DNA from: Thermoplasmatota archaeon
GTDB lineage: Archaea > Thermoplasmatota > Penumbrarchaeia > Penumbrarchaeales > Penumbrarchaeaceae
Length of the DNA: 64,000 nt
Assembly (NCBI GenBank): GCA_029762535.1
Contig: JARVGK010000007.1
Span: forward strand, 44,190 to 108,189
Direction of reading: 5' to 3'
Shown here: piece after piece, positions 60,501 through 64,000 of the stretch
Position numbering within the stretch: the first letter of the stretch is position 1
Layout: every line of letters begins with the position of its first letter
Notes under the pieces: model-generated
Seen by the model: only the letters and a program-made list of their open reading frames with translations
Database searches by the model: none
What the model was told of the DNA's origin: nothing
Translations under genes and position numbers: made by a program

Positions 60501-60644
60501 CCGTTGGTGATCCGGGGGATCGAAGCCTACAGGAAGTATATAGTGGACGAGACCCTGGCGGACTCCCTAACGATGGAGGAAACTCCCGAGGCCAAGGATT
60601 GGGATCTGGACCAGGGGAAGCTGCGGATCGCGATCCGCGCTTGA
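57534..60644 (+). CDS. ileS: Isoleucyl-tRNA synthetase (type 2)
   Basis: EGPPTAN..GVHH, GWDCHGLP, WTTTPWTL, SRERYWGTP, EGIDQTRGWF, KMSKS; start ATG 57534. Confidence 0.97.
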   Translation: MSEENENERTSGLSSSVSLEESVLCHWREHEVTGRLLEHNKGGQYFRFLEGPPTANAPPGVHHIFARTVKDTVCRYRNMKGSFVPRMGGWDCHGLPVEIAVEKQLGIENKDQIEKYGIEPFIKKCRESVFSYIDDWSRMTERLGYVLDLDHPYITMTDQYIESVWWSLKEIWKKGLLSEGHTIVPYCPRCGTSLSSHEVAQGYREVEDPSIFIKFKVMGQDNTYILAWTTTPWTLISNVALAVHPDEFYLVIEHKGANLILAEQRARVLLKEGEYSIIRRLMGSDLEGTRYEPLYSFVKPDRPGHFVCTADFVTMEDGTGVVHIAPAFGEDDHNLGKAYDLPMVQPVEADGTFSEAVTPWKGMFVKDADPLIIEDLTQRGLLEGTHLYAHQYPFCWRCDTPLLYYARKGYFIRMTQLREGLQRNNRSITWYPDNIKNGRFGNFLEEVKDWNLSRERYWGTPLPIWKCPKGHDHAVGSIEELKGLSGMEHIPELHRPYVDAVTFPCPKCGETMNRVSYVIDCWYDSGSAPHASLHYPFENTEEFHNQFPRDFIAEGIDQTRGWFYSLLAVSTAVFDKPAYLSCICHAHVLDAEGKKMSKSKGNVVDPWSIFASDGADAIRWYLLSNSAPWKPKLFSVDGVKETNRAFLSTVRNVTGFYRTYADLDGYEPKDRTEPHSRPTIDRWLLSRLNRLFAELNSYMDDNNLFQASNAIQAFAVEDLSNWYVRVNRRRFWGEEDTAIKKTAYDTLAESLQGIALSMAPFAPFHAEKVYLTTGMELGPSVHLLPYPAPDITMADEDLEKEMANLRRAVELGRSARNAKNVKVRQPLSRCVIKGAGPFNPELTSIIASELNVKEVIYESDLSHYFDMTADPDPKALGMRFKAQSAIIKEQLLAIDTKDLASRVKQGTISVNLPEGSQELDSSFFRFHEILPERWVQGIEGEIEVLLDTEIDEPLLLEGISREVVRRIQTMRKDMDLPYDARIELKLSGDPLVIRGIEAYRKYIVDETLADSLTMEETPEAKDWDLDQGKLRIAIRA
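60591..60623 (+). repeat. Direct repeat copy 1 (33 bp) within the ileS 3' end
   Basis: gccaaggattgggatctggaccaggggaagctg; one mismatch against 62327-62359. Confidence 0.85.
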
Positions 60645-60649
60645 TCCCC

Positions 60650-60714
60650 CATAACTGAATTATGCATAACAGTCTTATGCATAACTTTATTATGCAAAAC
60701 TGAGTTATGTAGTC
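60650..60714. repeat. 15-bp-period array of the palindromic core TTATGCATAA(C) upstream of the ATPase gene
   Basis: Units at 60660 ttatgcataac, 60675 ttatgcataac, 60690 ttatgcaaaac, 60705 ttatgtagtc, plus a partial cataac at 60650. Confidence 0.8.
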
Positions 60715-62241
60715 ATGTTCGTCAACCGCCTGAGAGAACTCTCCGAGATGAACACCTACCTGGACATGATCCTCTCGGGTCAGAAGCTCAACCTGGCCCT
60801 GTTCGCCCAGAGAAGGTGCGGCAAGACGGAGCTGCTCAAAAGGTTCCGGAGGGAAGCCCGGGACCTGACCATCGCCCCCTACCTCAGCATGGAAAGGATC
60901 TCCCCAAGCATAGAACATTTCAGCCTGCATTTCCTAACGGAGCTGGTCAGGACAGCGACGGGTGAAGAACCCGTCCTGACATGGCCCTCACTGATGATCG
61001 CCTCACAATCACTGGGCAAGGAGGTCCAGAACGGCATCGCCACGCTCAGCACCATGATGGACCGGGCCGAGAAGGACATCTCGGCCATTTCAGAGATCCT
61101 GTTCAGGCTGCCTCAGATGGTTTCGGATGCGAAGAGCCTCCCAGTGATCTATATCCTTGACGAGTTCCAGGAGATAAAGAACATCGACGACAGGATCCTC
61201 CATCTGATGAGGGCCAATACCGAGAAGCAAAGATCGGTCAACTACTGGGTGGCAGGTTCGGTATTCACCGCCTTTGACGATCTGTTCCAGGGGGACAGCC
61301 CGTTCTACGGGCAATTCACGAGGATGGAACTGTCCCGTTTCGACGAAGGGTCCACTTTCGAGCTGATCGACGGGCTCCTTCCCTTCTTCACCTCCATTGA
61401 GAACAAAAAGGCGATCCATAGGTCCACCGGCGGGCACCCGTTCTACACGACAGCCATATGCAGGAGGTTCCACCTGATGCGGGACCTGACCGATCAGGAT
61501 GACATGGCGACCCTCAGGACCAGCATACTGATGGAGGTATTTGACAAGACGGGGGCGATCAACGCGCATCTGGAATACCTCCTCGACGTGTCCCTTGCAA
61601 AGTTCAGGAACATCTCCGTCCACCGGAACATCCTGCTTCATCTCTCGGAAGGGCCGGACAACCTATCCGGGATCTCCACGTTCACGGGGAAGCTCACGGG
61701 AGAGGTCTCGAACTACATGAAGGGTCTTTTAAGGACGGACCTTGTCACCAAGGAAGGCGATACCTACACCTTGACGGACCCTCTAATGGGCGCCTGGATA
61801 AAGAACAGGGATCGCTATCCAGGAGAGATGCCCCTGATCGACATCTCGGTGAGGGACAAGGTGTTCGCGGACCTGCTCGAAAGATATTCTCAGGTATCGA
61901 CCGAACTGGGAAAGGCGAAGGAGGTCGAGCTGAGAGAGATACTGGAGTCCATTTATGAGATCAAACTTCGCCCATATTCCACTCCCGACGGCCAGATCGA
62001 GTTCGATCTTATCGGAGAGAAAGACCGCATTCACATATTCGAGATCAAGTGGAGGAACCGCCCGTTGGATATCGGAGTGATCAAAAGGTTCCTTTCAAAG
62101 GTGGATCGGAGCATTTTCTCCGCCCAGAAACCTTACCTTCACATCATATCCAAAGGCGGCTTCGACACCAAGGCCTTAAAGGAAGCAAAAAAGTACAGAA
62201 TAGAATGTTTGGATCGATCCTTGAAAGAGGTGACAAAATAA
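60715..62241 (+). CDS. Archaeal AAA ATPase (ATPase_2-like) with wHTH and C-terminal PD-(D/E)XK nuclease-like domain
   Basis: FVNRLREL, QRRCGKT, ILDEFQ, TGGHPFY; C-terminal EFDLIG..IFEIKW..ISKGGF. Confidence 0.85.
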   Translation: MFVNRLRELSEMNTYLDMILSGQKLNLALFAQRRCGKTELLKRFRREARDLTIAPYLSMERISPSIEHFSLHFLTELVRTATGEEPVLTWPSLMIASQSLGKEVQNGIATLSTMMDRAEKDISAISEILFRLPQMVSDAKSLPVIYILDEFQEIKNIDDRILHLMRANTEKQRSVNYWVAGSVFTAFDDLFQGDSPFYGQFTRMELSRFDEGSTFELIDGLLPFFTSIENKKAIHRSTGGHPFYTTAICRRFHLMRDLTDQDDMATLRTSILMEVFDKTGAINAHLEYLLDVSLAKFRNISVHRNILLHLSEGPDNLSGISTFTGKLTGEVSNYMKGLLRTDLVTKEGDTYTLTDPLMGAWIKNRDRYPGEMPLIDISVRDKVFADLLERYSQVSTELGKAKEVELREILESIYEIKLRPYSTPDGQIEFDLIGEKDRIHIFEIKWRNRPLDIGVIKRFLSKVDRSIFSAQKPYLHIISKGGFDTKALKEAKKYRIECLDRSLKEVTK

Positions 62242-62271
62242 CGTGATAGTAGTCTTTCCACTAGGTCCCCC

Positions 62272-62383
62272 CGATACATCAGAGCGAGACTCTGACCTCC
62301 GATCAGGGTCTATGGACGATCCCTCCGCCAAGGATCGGGATCTGGACCAGGGGAAGCTGAAAGTAGCGATCGAACGGGTCTGA
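62272..62383 (+). pseudogene. Decayed duplicate of the ileS 3' end (contains direct repeat copy 2, 62327-62359)
   Basis: Reads RYI..ETL..AKDRDLDQGKLKVAIERV* against ileS KYIVDETL..AKDWDLDQGKLRIAIRA*; followed by a T-tract. Confidence 0.7.
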
Positions 62384-62566
62384 TTTTAGCTGCCCTGATT
62401 TTTTTTAGCTTCATGCCTGTCGTGGTAGGAACAGCGATCGGGATCGGACAAATCATCATTCTCGAATGGCTCAGTACTTTTCAAATTATATCCTTCATTC
62501 TTCACGAAGGTTCTCTATTTAGGTTATCAGTGAAACATAATGACGGCTCGAGTATAGAACCCGTAG

Positions 62567-64000
62567 TTAAGCATTGGAATTAATTAACTTCTCTATCTCC
62601 TCTGACCCGATCCCTTCGAAGGGATCGCCCACGGCTTCCGCCGGGGCTTGTTCTTCCTCATTGTCCTCTTCCATGATAGGAGGCGACTGAGTGAATTCGG
62701 AGAGGGTGGGATCCATCGGAGGTACGATCGGTGGAGAGTCCTCATTGATCTCCTTGACAGCGAACTCGTCCTTCTCCTCAGACACCGCTTGGGGTTCAGA
62801 CTCTGGCTTCTTCTTCCTGAGAACGAAGAACAGTATAAGACCGATGACCAAGACGAGAACGATCACGACGGGGACGATGAACATGATAGGACCGATCCCC
62901 GCATCCTCTTTCTTCTCCATGGCTGGGATCTCCAGATTGCTATCGGAGAGTAGTCCGACGGTCCCTGAACCTTCCAGTTCTTTATATCCGTCGTAAAGGA
63001 TCCTCCACGTGAACGATCCATGCGGGATCTCGATGTAGAACGATCCGTTCGCCAGGGTCTCGGCCGTGTATCTGTTCCCATCGGAGGCGACAATCTCGAC
63101 TATGGCTCCTTTTACAGGGGTGCCTTTGGTGTCCAGGACGATCCCTCGGACATATCCGTAGTTCACAACTTTGATCTCGACTTCATCCGATCCGATGTTG
63201 TTGGACTGATCGAAAACCTTCAGGGTCACGATATAGGTCCCGAGAACGTCGAAGGTGAAGATCGATACCATCCCTTCGAGTTTCTTTTCCTTACCCTGAT
63301 ATTCGAAGATCCACTCGTATCGGACCATCCTACCATCGTCAGTGGAACCGGATCCGTCCAGGGTAACTTGACGGCCTACTCCGACGATCATGTCCGGACC
63401 CGCATCAGCTAAAGGTGATGCGATATCCAAGACATCGATCGTGACATTGGTCGAAGCGTAGTTGTTCCATTCGTCAAACACGGTCAGGGTGACTTCGTGG
63501 AAGCCCTTGAGCGAGAATCGATGGTTGATCGTAGGTCCTTCATACTCCACGGGAGCTCCATCCTCGAATGTCCATAGATACTTGGCTATCCTCCCGTTGT
63601 CTGTCGATTGGAGACCGTTGAGGATCATGCTCTCACCTTCCAGGATCTGGGTATTGCCAGATATTCTCGGCACAGGTGGGATCGTGTCAATTACGGTCAC
63701 TATCAGAGTATCCTCGGCATTATTCCCGAACTCGTCCTCGATCCGAAGCGTCACCTGGTAGATCCCGGGGACCATAAACTTATGGATTACGGACTGTCCC
63801 TGGAGTAATACCTGGGTCTCGTTGTATTCGAATGTCCAATTGTAGTACTTGATCATTCCGTTGTCTGAACAAAGGGATCCGTCGAATACTGCTTCTTGAC
63901 CGTTCTCTATAGTCAGGTCCAGTCCAGCATCTGCGATCGGATCGGTCAGATCCACGATGGTCACGTTGAAAATGCTCTCTCCAACGTGACCTGCATTATC
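62567..64000 (-). CDS. Multi-PKD-domain surface protein with carboxypeptidase-regulatory-like domain, TM and acidic tail; 5' part lies outside the window
   Basis: Three PxADAG..DGS.S.D.G.I..Y.W.F-type PKD repeats; PVKGAIV..T..NGSF domain; TM plus RKKK. Confidence 0.88.
   Translation of the reverse strand, partial: DNAGHVGESIFNVTIVDLTDPIADAGLDLTIENGQEAVFDGSLCSDNGMIKYYNWTFEYNETQVLLQGQSVIHKFMVPGIYQVTLRIEDEFGNNAEDTLIVTVIDTIPPVPRISGNTQILEGESMILNGLQSTDNGRIAKYLWTFEDGAPVEYEGPTINHRFSLKGFHEVTLTVFDEWNNYASTNVTIDVLDIASPLADAGPDMIVGVGRQVTLDGSGSTDDGRMVRYEWIFEYQGKEKKLEGMVSIFTFDVLGTYIVTLKVFDQSNNIGSDEVEIKVVNYGYVRGIVLDTKGTPVKGAIVEIVASDGNRYTAETLANGSFYIEIPHGSFTWRILYDGYKELEGSGTVGLLSDSNLEIPAMEKKEDAGIGPIMFIVPVVIVLVLVIGLILFFVLRKKKPESEPQAVSEEKDEFAVKEINEDSPPIVPPMDPTLSEFTQSPPIMEEDNEEEQAPAEAVGDPFEGIGSEEIEKLINSNA

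Noticed and set aside
60650-60714. Possible mini-CRISPR array
   Set aside because: Repeats are 11 bp with 4-nt linkers, far too short, and no cas genes are present
1-64000. Many long antisense or alternative-frame ORFs (e.g. 58035-59123, 38848-39747, 16120-16920, 19656-20471)
   Set aside because: Shadows of well-supported genes in GC-rich coding DNA, with no independent motifs

Overview
Gene-dense archaeal chromosome segment. Gene content (archaeal PheS, Dim2/Pno1, AbrB-PhoU regulators, class III signal peptides, C25 peptidase, PKD surface proteins) suggests an uncultured Thermoplasmatota; this is inference. The main feature is a ~28 kb phosphate-acquisition region (7275-34947). It holds a conventional lipoprotein pstS-pstCA-pstB-phoU-arsC operon and a second, unusual Pst system. 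In the second system, PstS carries a type IV pilin (class III) N-terminus and is encoded head-to-head with a type IV filament assembly ATPase and two platform proteins. A second pilin lies nearby, and the downstream PstC-PstA fusion has a ~340-aa extracellular Ig-like insert. Together these form a candidate phosphate-scavenging filament ('phosphate bindosome'). Other notable items: two integrase-free defence-like cassettes, each bracketed by a diverged duplicate of a host gene 3' end (RloA/RloB-type pair; ATPase-nuclease at ileS); a structured ~200-nt intergenic element before a WYL-like gene; an AT-rich two-gene orphan cassette; and a housekeeping block (corA, pheS, cyaB, M18 peptidase, ferredoxin, ATL-EndoV, dim2, HDAC, CBS-HPF, purE, guaA, maf, osmC-like, ileS). 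No rRNA, tRNA, CRISPR array, transposase or integrase was recognised. All calls come from motif recognition by eye; no searches were run.
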